From the NCBI GenBank assembly GCA_028534125.1, contig CM052816.1:81842001-81906000 (forward strand): a stretch of DNA of 64,000 bases, written 5' to 3'. Shown one piece after another: positions 24,326 to 37,449 of the stretch. The first letter of the stretch is position 1. Each line of letters opens with the position of its first letter. A program made the position numbers and the translations under genes. The notes beneath the pieces were generated by a model. It was not told the origin of the DNA and ran no database searches. It saw only the letters and a program-made list of their open reading frames with translations. This DNA comes from Lama glama (lineage: Eukaryota).

Positions 24326-26179
24326 AACTCGGACGAGTCAGTGGAGGTAGCAGAGTCAGTCAAAGTCAAGCGCAGGCAAAGCCGAGTGCTGGTGGTGGCA
24401 GGTGTTAAGAAAGAGGAGACCATGAGTGGCTCAGTCCAGATTCATTTCCACTCCTGCCAAAACCCTCAGAGGACTCAGTCTGGAACATTGTTTATTAAGG
24501 GCCACATACACCATGAAAGCCCCTCCTCGGAGGCTGTTCAAACACCACAGATCCATTCTGGAACGCGCTAAATTTACTTCAACCTGAAGGCAGAGGATTG
24601 GATTATGCTTCTTCAGGGATTTGCAAATCCTTCAGAGTATGTGAATTTTTTTTTTAAATCCTCCTGTGGATAGCTAGACATTTCAGGCTGCTTAAGGCAA
24701 CAAAACTTCCCCTATCTCCTTGCTATTATTTCCTCTAAAGCTGTAAAATCAGTGTGGGCAAAATTAGTCCTCTTTGCTGCAAAGTTAGTTCCCCAAATCC
24801 TGCTTCTCCAAAACCCTTTCACGTGTCCTAGAGTGCTTGATGAGCCGCAGAAACACTTGAAAACGTAAAAACAAGTAATCCAAGAATAACCTAATCAGCC
24901 AGATGTTCAGTGCTCTCTGGTTTCATTAGACTGCTTCATAAAAAGAGTTAATTCTTAAGTTTCTGATTTTCTGCAAGTTAACAGCCCAGTCGCTGTTCAT
25001 GCAATGTAGGTAATGTAGGCACCCCAAGCCAGCAGCTCTCAGAATGGGGGCTGTTTCCGGGCCCCTTTAAGAGTGTGGGGTGGGGTAGGGGGTAGACGCT
25101 ATTGGCATCGGAGAGAGGCCACAACTGGGGGGCAGGCCTCCTCCAGGAGCTGAATAGACTTGAAAGACACACATCTTCTCCACACTCTTAGTGCCTTAAC
25201 AAGCCATCTCTCGGCTGGGCTGCCTTATCAGACCACAAAGGGCCTCTTCAGCTATTGAGTTTTCAAACCGTAAATGCTCCCAGTGTTTTCTTGGACACAC
25301 TTGTAAATAGAATGAATGCTGAGCTCTTTAGATCACAGGCAATTCAGATCTGAATCAGGTGCTCTACCTGGTTTCCAATCCTGTCTGCCCGAAGCGCAGA
25401 AACCAGAGACGTGGATTCTCTCCCAAGTCCATCTTTTTTCCATTTCTCAGTATGGATGTTGTAAGATCAAGGATTGAATTTTTTAAAATGTCATAAAGGT
25501 ATCTATCATTTTATATGTAACCTATGCATAAGATCAAAGGGCATCATATCTAGACCGAGACCACCCAGGTGGAAAAATAAATCAAGAATAATCAGAGAAT
25601 GTATTTTTATACTTTTCTTTCCTTAAAAAACAATCCTGCACATTTTCCCCAAATATTTCATTTGTCACACAGCTACTAAGTCTTTACAAAATCAAGTTAA
25701 GCGCTGCTTTTCCTCCCCTCTTTATGAATAAATGAGAATATTTATCTAATCTTTCTAAGTATAAGGACAGATCCATTAATAAAACCAAAGAGGTACACAG
25801 ATTTTTTCACGCATCCTCATCCACCTGCAGCCTGAGCAGCTGCCACTGAGACAACAGTGCCTGGATCAAGCAACTGTAGACTGTGACTCCAGCTCCAACT
25901 GAACTGGAATGAGGTGAGCACTTTGCTTTCCTGGGCCTCAGCTTCCTGGAATGCAGGAGTTAGCAAGTCTGAACGTCATCCCTTCCAAAAACCACTGAGG
26001 AGAGGGAAGACTATCCAGGGTCTCCCTGCTTTGAGACCTGGCAACTTGACCTTTGCAGAAGAGAGGGCCAGGATACATCTCCCATCCAAAGCTGAGAGAA
26101 AGCTGCAGTCGGGTCTACTGAAAAGTCCCGCCTTCTACATTCAACTGGGCTGTCACTGACTTTGGCAGGGGTTTATTCA

Positions 26180-26400
26180 TGTCTTAGCACGCTGTCAGAG
26201 GAGCCACTATGTACCAGATGCTGTCACGGAGACACATACATATCTCAGTACCTCTTTTTACTCCTCCTAAGAATAATCCTGTGAAGGAGCTATTCTACCA
26301 GTTTTGCACACAGGGAAACTGAGCTCCCAAATTTTGAATGATGTGGCCAGTGAGACGTTCTCTGCACTGAGAGGATTCCGGCCAAAGTCTCCAACCTCAA
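26180..26400 (-). mobile_element. MIR SINE
   Basis: actatgtaccagatgctg...aataatcctgtgaagg...cacagggaaactgag. Confidence 0.7.
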
Positions 26401-27589
26401 TTCCACAATCCTTCCTTTCCCTCTTGGCTGCCCCAGCCGGTGCCGGGAGCCAGGTTCACCCTCCCCCAGTGGGCAGCAGCCCTCCAGCCTGTCCCCTCAA
26501 GCTCCTAGCACCCCGCGGTGCCCTCCTGCTTTCGGCAGGCTACCCTCCTGTTTACCAAGACCAAAACCTCCCTCCGCTGCCAGTTCTCTTCAGCACCTCG
26601 CCCCACCTCTGCTCCCCTCCTACCTTTCAAGGAAGCCAGACGCCCGCTTTCTTCTTTCCCTGCACCTGCTCTAGTTCATCTCTGGTCTCTTCCTTCCCAA
26701 ATACTCCTTATCTTGTCTCTGTTCTCTCCCACTTCTCTTCTGTTTACTAAACATGCCTGGGAGGGGGAATTGGGGAAATCTGAATACACCTTCCCACAGT
26801 GCTACCACCTCTTCAAACTACTCTCCTACTATTTTTAACTGGCTGGCTTCTGGATCCGGTGTGTACGCCCCCTCCCACTGCCTGGGCAGTTGCTCTCGCC
26901 TTGGTCCCTGGCAACTTGGCTGCCATGACCATCCTTTACAGACAATGCTCTCTGCCTTTCCCATCCTCCTCCTCCTGGGATGCTGGCCCTTCTCAGACAC
27001 TCCTGCCTGCACCTGTCCGCCCACCTTCCTCAGGGGCCTGCCTGCCTCACAATCTACTTGGTAGTATGGATAAACTTTGAGGGCACAAGAAAGAGGTTAA
27101 AAACTGTTGCATCTACAAGCCTGCCCTGTTAAAAGAGATTCCGCCTCTCCTCAGGTTTGGTCCTGACCTTGTGGGGGCCTGTCTTCTTTGGGATGCTTCC
27201 CCTTGTGGGTGGTGCAGAAGGAGGGACGTGGGGCCACCTACCAGCAGGAACAGCCCCTCCCACCATAGTCTGTGTCACTTAGGCCCACGTGGTCGAGGCC
27301 AGGGGAGAAAGCACAGCTCTGTGTGACCTCGTCCAGCCACCAGCTCAGCAACTTCCGATTCAGGATTGGGACAACCCGAGGCAGGACCATTAGCTGGTGC
27401 AAAGGAGTTGGGGGTGTCTGAAGTGTGGCCTCTGACTCCCTCCCTGTCTCACTTGAGGAAGTTGGGGAGTGATGGGTCAAAGCCTTATCTGGGCATGAAT
27501 AAGATAAGGTCATAAAGAGACAGGCCCAGAGCAGCATGCTGAGTGTGTGCAAATGGGGCTCTGTAGGGCAACAGCCCAAGGGTAGGACT

Positions 27590-28790
27590 GCCTTACATCT
27601 CCTGGGAGAGAGAGGGGCAGAGAGTTCACGGATGAGGAGGCCTTGAGCTGGATCTTGAAGAATAAAGAACAGTTCATCAGGAGGACCCAGGCAGAAAGAT
27701 ATTCCAGGACCTCGCCCTTCCCATCACCACCCCAGAAAACGAGCACTGGAGAGGCTGAGACTAACACAGGTCGGGAGCACTACAGCTCGTGTGTGTGTGT
27801 GTGCGCGCGTGTGTGCGTGTGCATGTGTGTGTGTTAGGGGATATGACAGAAAAGAAGTCTGAAGAGGCATAGAGGATTTGGAATTTATCCCACAGACCCT
27901 GGGAGCCACTGACAGGTTTTACAAGGACAGACAGTCAGTAGACCCTGGTGACTGATTAGATGTGGAAGAAGTCAAGGAGCAATCTGAAAGGATTTCTCCA
28001 GGTTTCTGGTTCATTGAATGTTCAAATTCCAGACTCCCTATTTCAGCCAACTGTGTACTCATGCTCCACACCTGTAGGTGACCTTTGATTGTCCCTCACT
28101 CTGAGTCTAAGCAACGCCCAGACTTCAAGTCCATGTCTGATGAGCCTTTCCTTTCTTCCTAGGCTGTGGCCACCCACCAGCTCAGACCTCCATTACGTCC
28201 CTGCCACCCACCTTATTACCATAACCTCACCAGGCTCCCCACCTCCCATGTCTCCCTACTCCCAGTTCTTCCTGCAAGAGGTCAGACTAGTCATCTGAAA
28301 GCACAGAGCCAACCACGACAATCCCCTGATCAGCAACCCCTACCAGCAGCAGAACTACGTTCCTCCAGGTCCTCGCTCAGCCTCTTCTTCCCTCAGACCC
28401 CTAAGAGTCACAAACCTACCTTAGCATCAACCTCGCAGCACGCATCTTTTCTCCAGCTTCTCTTCCAAGAAGCCTTTCAGACCCCCTCAATCAAAAGTGG
28501 CTTCTTTCTCCTCCATACTCCCAAAATGTTATATTTAGGTACAGTACCTCTTCAGGTACTGTATTCATTAAATCATCTCTTTAGCCAATAAATCTAGGGT
28601 GCGGATACATGCCATGTGGGCACTGGTTTGCATCCTAGCTCCCAGTATATGTATCTCACTTCTCCTGATAGACTGGAACTCTGACAGCAAGGAGGGAGCC
28701 TCTCTCGCTTATGCACATCCCCAGGAACCCCTAAGCCCCTGTGCACAGCAAACCACAGGTACTCCAAAAATGGTTGAAATGAATAGAGAA
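27590..28790. mobile_element. L2 fragments (both orientations)
   Basis: Antisense ccttgagctggatcttgaagaataa (~27640); sense tagactggaactctgacagcaagg...aggtactccaaaaatggttgaaatgaat (~28670-28785). Confidence 0.6.
27788..27834. repeat. Mixed (GT)/(GC) alternating purine-pyrimidine tract
   Basis: cgtgtgtgtgtgtgtgcgcgcgtgtgtgcgtgtgcatgtgtgtgtgt, 47 bp of strict alternation. Confidence 0.9.
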
Positions 28791-30389
28791 CTGATAAGTT
28801 TCCTTAAATAGTAAACTGCCTTAAGTGCATGCAAAATCAATTTCAATGATAGAGAGTTAAAGTAGAATTCAGTATTTTTCCAGGAGTGTATTAACTATGT
28901 CAAGGGAGGTGCATTTGTATACTTTACCTGGTTCTGATTCTTCTTCTCCCAAAATCTGCCATCCTCCTGCTGCCACATCTGCCTCTACCCCCCAACCACT
29001 AGGTGGTTATTAGCGGAGCAGCGCTTCTTGACTCATTCTAATAATGGAAGAAGGAATTGATGAAGCTAGAACTACCACCTACAGCCAGGGATATGTTCTG
29101 GGATATTCTATTCTGTCCCCAAAAACAGCCATCCCATAGCACATCTGCCAACCTGTTCCTACTTGGCCTCCACTCAGAAGTCACAGACCAGAAAAGCTGG
29201 CCAATAGCAGTACAAGGACCTTAGAGCTCCAGTTCAGAGCAGACTGAGTTGGGAAGGACTAGCAGCTCTGAAAGTCTGGGGCAGGGGGCCAGGGGCCATG
29301 GCCCTCAGTAAAAGCAGATCCAGAGTATTACTCTGCAGACACACTCAGCATCTACCTCCACCATGATTCGTCAAGGCAAACACATCCACCAAAGCACCCT
29401 ACCTCTGTGGGAGGCAAGAGGTGGAGCCAGCTGCAGGAGACAGAGGCAGCTCCTTCCCCCAACACTCCTCCACCTCCAGTCCCAGCACAAGTCTGCAGCT
29501 CTGGAATGCCCTCGTGCCTGCCATTCCAGTCTCTGCGACCAGCCTGTGCCAGACCTTGTCCTCTTCATACTCCAGTGTCCCTTATCAAGGTCTCGCACGG
29601 ATCAGGGCTGCCGAGGACAGGCTTCTGGCAAACTCCAGCCAGGGACCCTGGACCCTCCCCCTACTCAATTCAGCATTGCAGGAAGACAAGCAGCCCAAAG
29701 ACCTAAAACGTCAATGCAAACCCTAGAGAGCCAGGGAGGGAGAAACGAAGAAAAGGCCGGGTTTGGGGAGGAACTCGACTTCAGAGGGAGAGAAGGGAGA
29801 GCTGGATTTCCCCATCCATACGTTCCCTATCTCCCTGGCAGACGCCAATAATTTCACCGAAGATGACCTGGCTCTGTGCGCCTGCCCTCGCCCGGCGCGT
29901 CTCTTTCCCTGGCAGGAAGAGGGTAAGAGACGAGGAAGGGCAAGAGATGAGAAAGCGCGGGAGGATGGATCCCAAGGCGTACCTGAGGCCAGAGCACCTG
30001 GGCACCTCCGCCCTGAAGGAGGGGATCAGGACACGGTCCAGGGACGGGGATCCTGGTCGCGCGCCAGGCAGGGGCTTCAGGCCCTTTGCTGAGTGTGCCC
30101 AGCCGTGCGTCTCGGGTTGTCCCGCTGTCCCTGGCCGATTCTGCCGGGCCCTCTTTCCGCGGCCGCGTCCTCCCCGCCCCCGGCCGGATGCAAGGGGAGT
30201 TTGCGCCGCCCAACGTGAGACCGGGGTTCGGCGCCCTGCTCACAGCCTTGCCGGGGCTGAGATTCCTGCACCCGGATTTGTCACTAAACTTTCCAGGGCG
30301 CACGCGGTTTCGGGGGTGCCAAACCTCCCCCTGAGGCCCCCACCCATCCGAAATCCCACGTCTCAGCCGCAGCGGGACCGTCGCTTCAC

Positions 30390-30545
30390 CTGCACGCGGC
30401 TCGGCGGAGGCTCCGGCTGCTCCTCGCGTCCGGACCCAGGCGCCGCCCGGCGGGTCCCCGTGCCGCTGCCGCCGCAGCTGCCACCGCCAGTGCCACCGCC
30501 GCGCCTGCCCGGAGCTGCAGCGCCGCGGTTCTCCCGCAGCCGCGG
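30390..30545 (-). other. PDZD2: PDZD2 non-coding exon 1 (5' boundary/TSS approximate)
   Basis: Minus strand ..gcagctccgggcaggcgcggcgg..ggggacccgccgggcggcgcctgggtccggacgcg..gccgcgtgcag|GTGAAG with the donor at 30389. Resembles the recalled human PDZD2 5'UTR, and PDZD2 is the next same-strand gene after C5orf22. Confidence 0.82.
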
Positions 30546-30701
30546 GAGGAGAAATCCCAAGCGCCCACGGCCCGGCGGGTCCCCGCAGCCGCCACCAACC
30601 GCGTCTCTCTGCCTGGGGCCGCACGGACCGGCGCCGGGAGTCCACTCCTCACCCGGCTCTCCCAGCTGCGCGGCGCTGGGGATCCACCGAGCCTCCAGGA
30701 T

Positions 30702-30847
30702 GGGCGGGGATTCCCTGCCTCTGGTAGATTCGAGGGGCGGGAACTCCCTTCCTGGAGTGACAGGAACGGGAGGCGGGGATTCCCCGCAGGAACGACAAGG
30801 TGGGCGGGGATTCCCCCGAGCAAGGCACACAGCGGGCAGAGAGTCCC
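30702..30847. promoter_or_regulatory. Array of composite GC-box/NF-kB (kB) sites
   Basis: GGGGATTCCC at 30706, 30775 and 30806; GGGAACTCCC at 30739; degenerate AGAGAGTCCC at 30838. The first four each overlap a GGCGGG box. Confidence 0.8.
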
Positions 30848-30955
30848 TACGGGCCAACCCGGAGTCCTGGGGCGCTGGCTTCAGAAACCTGGGGATCCTG
30901 GGAGGAAAGGATCCAGAGAGATGGCAGCTCAGAATTTCCAGATAGCGGGGCTTGG

Positions 30956-30972
30956 GGCGCCATCTAGGTGGA
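30956..30972 (-). promoter_or_regulatory. Candidate CTCF motif at CpG-island edge
   Basis: Minus strand TCCACCTAGATGGCGCC matches the CTCF core CCASYAGRKGGCRS at 12/14. Confidence 0.4.
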
Positions 30973-32379
30973 AGAGAGTGAGCTAGAGGACTGGAAGTTG
31001 CCTTTGCATAGCATTTTACAGAGCATCGAGAAAAATGTCAGTTGCCTTATAATACAAGAATGGGGCGGAGAGGCCAAAGGAGATGGGGGAGATGGGGGAG
31101 GAGGAAGCCACCCCAAGCCACCCTTGGCCTCTGGTCTTTGGGATACCAAAGTTAATTTGACACTGGTATGAGAAATTCGAGAATTTCGATAATTTCGGGG
31201 AACCTCTTGGCACCTCAGAGCTGCTTAATCCTCCGGTTAAGCCCCTCAGAGAAATCCTCAAAGTCCCGTGGCCCCGGGGTGGTGCTTTTGGTCCTTGTGA
31301 GAACTAGCCAAGAGCTGCTCCTGCTGAGTGGACTGTGACAGCTAATGCCAGTCGCCCTTGGCCCTGTTCCAGGTCACTCGAGGAACAGAAGCCTCTGGCT
31401 TTTCAGATTCCTCATTCCCGAGGATTTTCAGGACGGCCTTCAAATATTTTTGGGGTTTTTTTTTTTTCTGTCATCCTTGTCATTCTGCCTACCACAGGGA
31501 GAGGACGATAAGAACATAATAGGGAGACTGCACAGCTCTGCAAATTAAGCTCCCTTAAGAGGAAAAAGCTGGTCTTTTCCAAGTGCTAGCAGATAAGAGT
31601 AAAAAACATGAAAAATTACCAAACCTGGGATAATGAATAGTTGAATAATGCTTTTGACATTTTCTGCAGAGCAGTAATTGGAAATCTTTGCTTTGGGGGG
31701 ATGGAGATGGGATAGGGCAGGGCTCCACTGCAGCTTTGCCCAGCAAGGCAATAAGCTCTGGTCTCTTGGAAGAGCAGACAGACATAAATCACCTGCACAG
31801 ATTCAGCAGAGCTGTCCCACAGCATCAGAGGCCAGGGTGGTGGTCCCAAGGCATTCAAGATGATATTTTCACAGGGGTGGGGAAGTACTTGAATTCAGCT
31901 GTTCTTCAGCTTTTTAATTACCAGATCACTGAGATCAATGTCTGCACACATCCAACAAGCTATACAAACTTAGGCACCCAGAGTTTCTCTTCCTATCCAT
32001 AAAGAGGAAAAAATACCTTTCAGGCAGGAGTGTTGCTAGGATTGGCAGTAACAGAACTACTAGCACAGCACTTAGGAGGTGCTCGACGAAATGGCAGCTA
32101 CTACCTAGAAACGTAGCACTGGAACACCACAAAAATCCTTCTTGAATCAAACAGGACTGGTGATTCACAGTTCCAGTCCCATATTCCACCATTCTCTTCC
32201 AATCACACAAGCCATGACGAGGCAATGCATGTCTCCTTTGCCCCTGTACCCAGCACCTGCCTCCTTTAGCACCCACTGAAAATTTGCTGAGTAAATGAAT
32301 ATGGAAATAAATTTATGATTCAAACCATAAGCACTGCTGTTTCTTACTCAACCCATTCCCACCCCTTTCTTCCAGCCAT

Positions 32380-32730
32380 GCACTCCTCACCTGTGAATTT
32401 TGTTTCCTCTGCCAAAGTGACACGCCCATCCTCCTGTGTCTGCTGAAATCCCAAATGGTCAAGTGTCACCTCTTCAGGGCAGGATTCTCTGATCACTGGC
32501 ACCAACATCAGGATATCTCTCCTCCATTAATCATTGAAATGGGAGCACTTTCTGCAAGTTGCTAATATAACCTTTGTCAGGTTGCATTAAATTGTGGAAA
32601 TCACACCTCTCACACATTTCCAGCTTGTGAGTTCCTGGAGGTAGAGAACGTAGATCTTATTATTTGTGTTCCCAACACCTAGCACGGCATAGTGTCCGAC
32701 TCAATAGATATTTGATGAATTAAAATGAGT
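32380..32730 (+). mobile_element. L2 3' end
   Basis: ttgtgagttcctggaggtagag...ttcccaacacctagcacgg...ctcaatagatatttgatgaat. Confidence 0.75.
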
Positions 32731-33714
32731 TGTTATATATATAGATATACATGATAAGATATGCATATTATACGTAGGCACAAATAGTACATATGCATAT
32801 GTAATATTTTATCATCTCTTGCCTTCAGATGTGGCTCTGCTGACCAACTTAAAATACATACTTCTAGTTTCAATCACTTTTCACCTGATATTTTCCAGAT
32901 AGTTTTTGGCAAGTTCTTGTTTGCTAATAATAGCTCACCTCTCAAGGGGTCAATCAAATGGATGGAAATTTTGTTTTACCCTTGCAGACTTGCCAATTTG
33001 GAAAGCTCACAGCAGAGGGCATTTATTTTCCAGTGTTTGCAGATCAAAAAGTAAATTCTTTCTGCCCCCTTGTTAAATATTTAGTCACAGATTAGTACTT
33101 CTACCCAAGGTGCCATTTTAACGTATTGCTCATTACATACATGATATGGAGGAGGAGGTGGGATATAGAAAATCTAAGTTTGAGTTAGGGACAAAGATTA
33201 AAATAATGAACCAAGGGAAAAAACGTATTATCCTGAGCCACAGTTATAACAGAGATGTAAAAGAATGCAACATTCTTTAGGTGAGTCCAGGTAGATTCTT
33301 ATGGAGGGCAGTGGCACTTGGTTTACCTCTGAGCATTCTCCCCTCTATGAAGAAGAATCTACCCCCACCAGACAGCTAGAATGAAATTGGAAGTTTCATC
33401 ACCAACTCAGATGAAATCTTGAACATTGCTTTCCATCTTTCCTCCTCAGCTGTTCTTCCAAGTACGTATTCCAGTGGGAAAGAGGAGGAGACTTCGTCAA
33501 CAACTGGCTCAATTCCCTTTTCCCTCCCAGCCTCTGTGGGTTCATTTTATCTCCATAACAGATTCTAGCTTCCTGTTTACCTAGCTAATTATCGTCCTTT
33601 CTTCTGCAAATTCCTGGCCACTAAATCTTCCATTCATGAACTCAGTTGGAATGAGCCGTCCCTTGGCCAAGGAAGGGCTTAAATATAAAGAACAATGATA
33701 GTAAAATATTAACT

Positions 33715-33885
33715 CAGTGGATCCTAATCTGGAATGTATTTAACAGGAGATTCGAAAATTCAGATACCCTGGCCTCACGCCCTGAGACGATGTATGCTGA
33801 GTCTGTAGTGGGGCTCTGCATTTTTAACCAGCACCCCAGAGATGGTGACTTAGGTAGCACCAAAGCCTACTTGTAGAAACATGGA
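33715..33885. mobile_element. MER5-family element
   Basis: aaaattcagataccctggcctcac...ctctgcatttttaaccagcacccca. Confidence 0.65.
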
Positions 33886-36800
33886 AATAGAGTGACTGTA
33901 ACAATGCAAGTAAGCCCAAGTTAGATCACATTCTAGTATTTGCTCATAGTGGCGACAGATTTTTTTTAAACTTTGATGAAAAGTTTGTCATATTTGTTCT
34001 GTCTCAGGCCAAATCTTTTCTTAGCCAATACACTACATTTGATGTATCTTGTTTTAAAATACTTGCTTAGGGGAAATATTTAAGTACCTTTTATCCTATG
34101 TATATTGAAAATGAGGAGTTTCACTGCATCCATGAGGATGACATTGGAATTTATGCACGTGTATTTTGTTGTTTTCAGTGTTGTAACAGTAATACTGCAC
34201 ATACAGAATTTATGATTTTCTCCTGGGGGGCTCTGTCATCATGAATATACTGTCTCTCTTCTATTTATTTAGGTGGCTAAACGAGTTTATGTCTTTGATT
34301 CAGCCTTCCATTTATACTGTGTAAGTAAGCATTGGTTGCCAGGGTAATTTTTTAATACAGTTTTTGGCAGGAAAAAAAAAGAATCTATATACTAGCAAGT
34401 ATAGACCAGGTATTCTTATTACTTTCACAATTTATACAGATAATTCAATAATTCTGATCAGTGCTGAATTACCCCATGTGCTTAGGGCAGCAGCAAAACC
34501 AGGCGACTAAAAGGAGAGAAAGAGAGTGTGGTTCAGCTTTGATGAATATAACCAGTACTTTGCAATCAGCGTATCAAAAGAGAAGCTATTTTAGTTCCAC
34601 ATACACATAGGTTTTGTTTCCTAATTGGCCAGTGTCTTTATTTTGATCCACACAAGAGAGAGGACTTGGGGTTCTTCTGGGGGTGTAGGGTGTTTATCAC
34701 ATTGGCACAGTTGTAAAAGATATTCCCACTCCTCCCCACCCAAGAGGTTGGGAGCTTGTGTCCCCCAGTCCCTGTTCCCACCTTGTTGCAATTCAGCCAA
34801 ATCACTGTGTATCTAAATTTGTAGGCTATTTAGGTAAGCTATTCCCTCATTTTGTGCACAATACATTCTCATTCCGAACTCCTATCTCCCCTGCTGATTA
34901 TTCCCCTTGTTCTGTTCTGCTCTACTTACTTATGAAAAGGCATCATTCTGAGTCAATCACATGCTATTTTTACTCCTTCCTCAGGTACTTCTACTTCCAA
35001 AGATCTTCATTCAATAATCACCAAAAAGCAATTATAAACATATTGCTAGTCTAGCTCATCTGTTTTCTTGTTTTGTTTTTTAAATTTTATGTCTTTATGC
35101 CTCATTGTCTCATTTGTCAATCTTAGCACCTGTCTTTACTGGTACAGTTAAAATGGACACAGAAATAAAAGGCAGGTAATGATACCCAACCTGAAAAAGC
35201 AACAGAGAGCCAGCGCTGTGTTCTATGGCCAATCACAGTAACCCAGTAAGGTGAGGAGTAACCTCTGGCATCCTTCTCTAAAATGGGGATAAACACAGCT
35301 GCCTCTAAAGGTCTCATTAGGATTTTGAGTCCCCAGTGACATCATAGAAGTGAAAATGCTTTGAAAAAATTTAAAGGTCTCTTCAAATAAGAGAGGGTGA
35401 GAGCAATAGCTCTTTGAATGGTTATTTCAGTTTGTTGTCAATTATACATGAATAAGATGCTTTACCTTTCATCTCAGTGTACATCAGGAATCACCAGGAG
35501 TGGTTGATAAGGCTATCAATAAATCATTATTAATGACTTATTTGTATGATGTATGAATTAGTGGACCAAATATAAGAAATGCATTCTGCATCTGTGTTGT
35601 GTTCAAGAACGATGAACCAGGCAGTGAAGTCAGTAAAACGTAGAACCTCTGAAGATAGGATACAGTGAACTTGAAAAAGCCAGATCTGATGAAAACACAG
35701 TCACTGTCTGTTGGAAAATATGTAAGGACATCTCAATTTTGTTTGGTTTTAGTGAACGCTGAGTGTCTTTCTAATTACCCATCTGGATGGGTTCCTTGCA
35801 GGAATGCTTCTTGAAAAGGGCCTGGGAATCATACTCTTGGTTGGTCTCTATTTAAGTCATGGAATCCTCATTTCTGGCTAGTAGAATATTGTTTAAAATA
35901 ACATTTAAATGCCCATCTTTCTCAATTTGTTAAATTTTTTCATGAATCCAGGGAGGAAGTGAACCATCTTTTCCACTTCACTGTGTACTTGTCAACAAAG
36001 CAAATAACCTCAATTGCTTTTAAATAATTTGCTTTTGTAACGTAGACAATCAACCATCTGGAAATAAAGAGAGACAAAAACAAAAGGAATGAAGGCCAAC
36101 ACAAGATGACAAGATCTCAGAATTCTAGAGCCCAAAGGAGCTCTAGTGACTTCTGTGACTTGCCTAGAAGTGCTTCTGGTGGGGAGGCAGTGTGCTGGGG
36201 AAAGGCTGTGGAGAAAGATCTTGTAGGCTCAGGGGGCTATCTTTTTGCCCATCATTTTGGCAATGCCAATTTGATCTATTGCATAATATATAATGCCTGG
36301 TTTTTACAATCAGGATGCTGTGTCACAGGACCATGGGTTCTGAGGATAGAAGACTGACTTCAAGGACTTCAGCATCCATGTTTCCTTATCATTGAAGGGT
36401 CCACACATATCTCCATCTCATGCCAGAGTAGAGGAAATGTTCTCCAATGAAGGCAGCAGATCTTATAAATTAATTCCTTATGATAAATTCCAAATGCTCC
36501 TTAAAGAATGATGTTTTTCTTATTAAAGTCTTTTGAGGCATGTACCATCAGTCAGAATGTCATGGGGCTTATCAATATTGTATCTCCAGCATGAATCTGC
36601 AAGAAAGTGCTTTTAGAGATCAAAAAATATCACACAAAAGGCAGTAATGCAGAGCGTCACATAGCCGAGTTTCCCAAAGTTTGCTTCTTTGTGCATGCAT
36701 ATTTTTTTCCTAACAAGTGATCACAATTTATTACGAAACTAAATTTTTTCCCTAGAATTGCTAATTGCAAACCTTTATCTAAAATCAAAGTGAATGGCTT

Positions 36801-37449
36801 CAAAGATGGCATTTCGTATTAGAGTTTCCTGAAGGCTGGAACCAGGGTGAGAGAAGAGAGGTGCCTGGGGTACAAGATGTAAGGAAACACTTACTCCCTG
36901 GACTTTGCACACATGCCCCAGGTTGTACCTGACCCCGAGAGTGAAGACCTCCTTAATAGTTGTTCTCCGACAGAACCCATAGAATGCAGAAGACATCAAA
37001 AGTTTGGACACTGATTCAGCCAGAAAAAGTGTAGCAACAGTGATTAATGGCATGAGCACTGAAGACCAGTTAATCTTTGCCAATGGCCACAGGGTGACCT
37101 TGAACAAGCTGCCCAGACACCACGCCCCATGATGCAATGCTGCTCTCCCTGCCTTGCCCTTCTCTTCGCGGGTGACCACATACACACTGCCAAGCATGAC
37201 TGTCAGCACTTCACAGACAATTAGTGGAGGCAGGCCAGGCACTACCATATCCACTTTCTATTTTCTACATCTCTGCTGAATTCTGGTAGGTTGCGTGCTC
37301 TGCCACCTGCCAGAGACCTTGGAGACATCAATCACAGTGCCTCCCTCACTTTTTCATTAGTCCATGCCCACTGTAAGCTGTCTTTGGTTATCGTCTGTTT
37401 GCCACACTCTCAACCCCATGATGTTCTGTGCAGCTGCAATGCAGTTTTC

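Larger units (their letters stand above)
1..30389 (-). other. PDZD2: PDZD2 intron 1 (proximal part, continues past the window start)
   Basis: Follows the exon-1 donor. No recognisable coding exon in 30 kb, consistent with the very large first intron of PDZD2. Confidence 0.75.
29840..30975. promoter_or_regulatory. PDZD2: CpG island / promoter of PDZD2
   Basis: Very high GC and CpG density against a CpG-depleted background, with multiple GC boxes and a first-exon splice donor. Confidence 0.9.

Noticed and set aside
30696..30850. Repeat-spacer periodicity superficially like a CRISPR array
   Set aside because: Eukaryotic promoter, short imperfect cores of ~14 bp, no cas genes; better explained as a TF-site cluster.
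29863..30945. 360-aa plus-strand ORF and overlapping 263/164/145-aa minus-strand ORFs
   Set aside because: Pro/Arg/Gly/Ala-rich, open in several frames, and coincident with the CpG island where stops are depleted. They span a non-coding exon/intron junction and have no recognisable domain.
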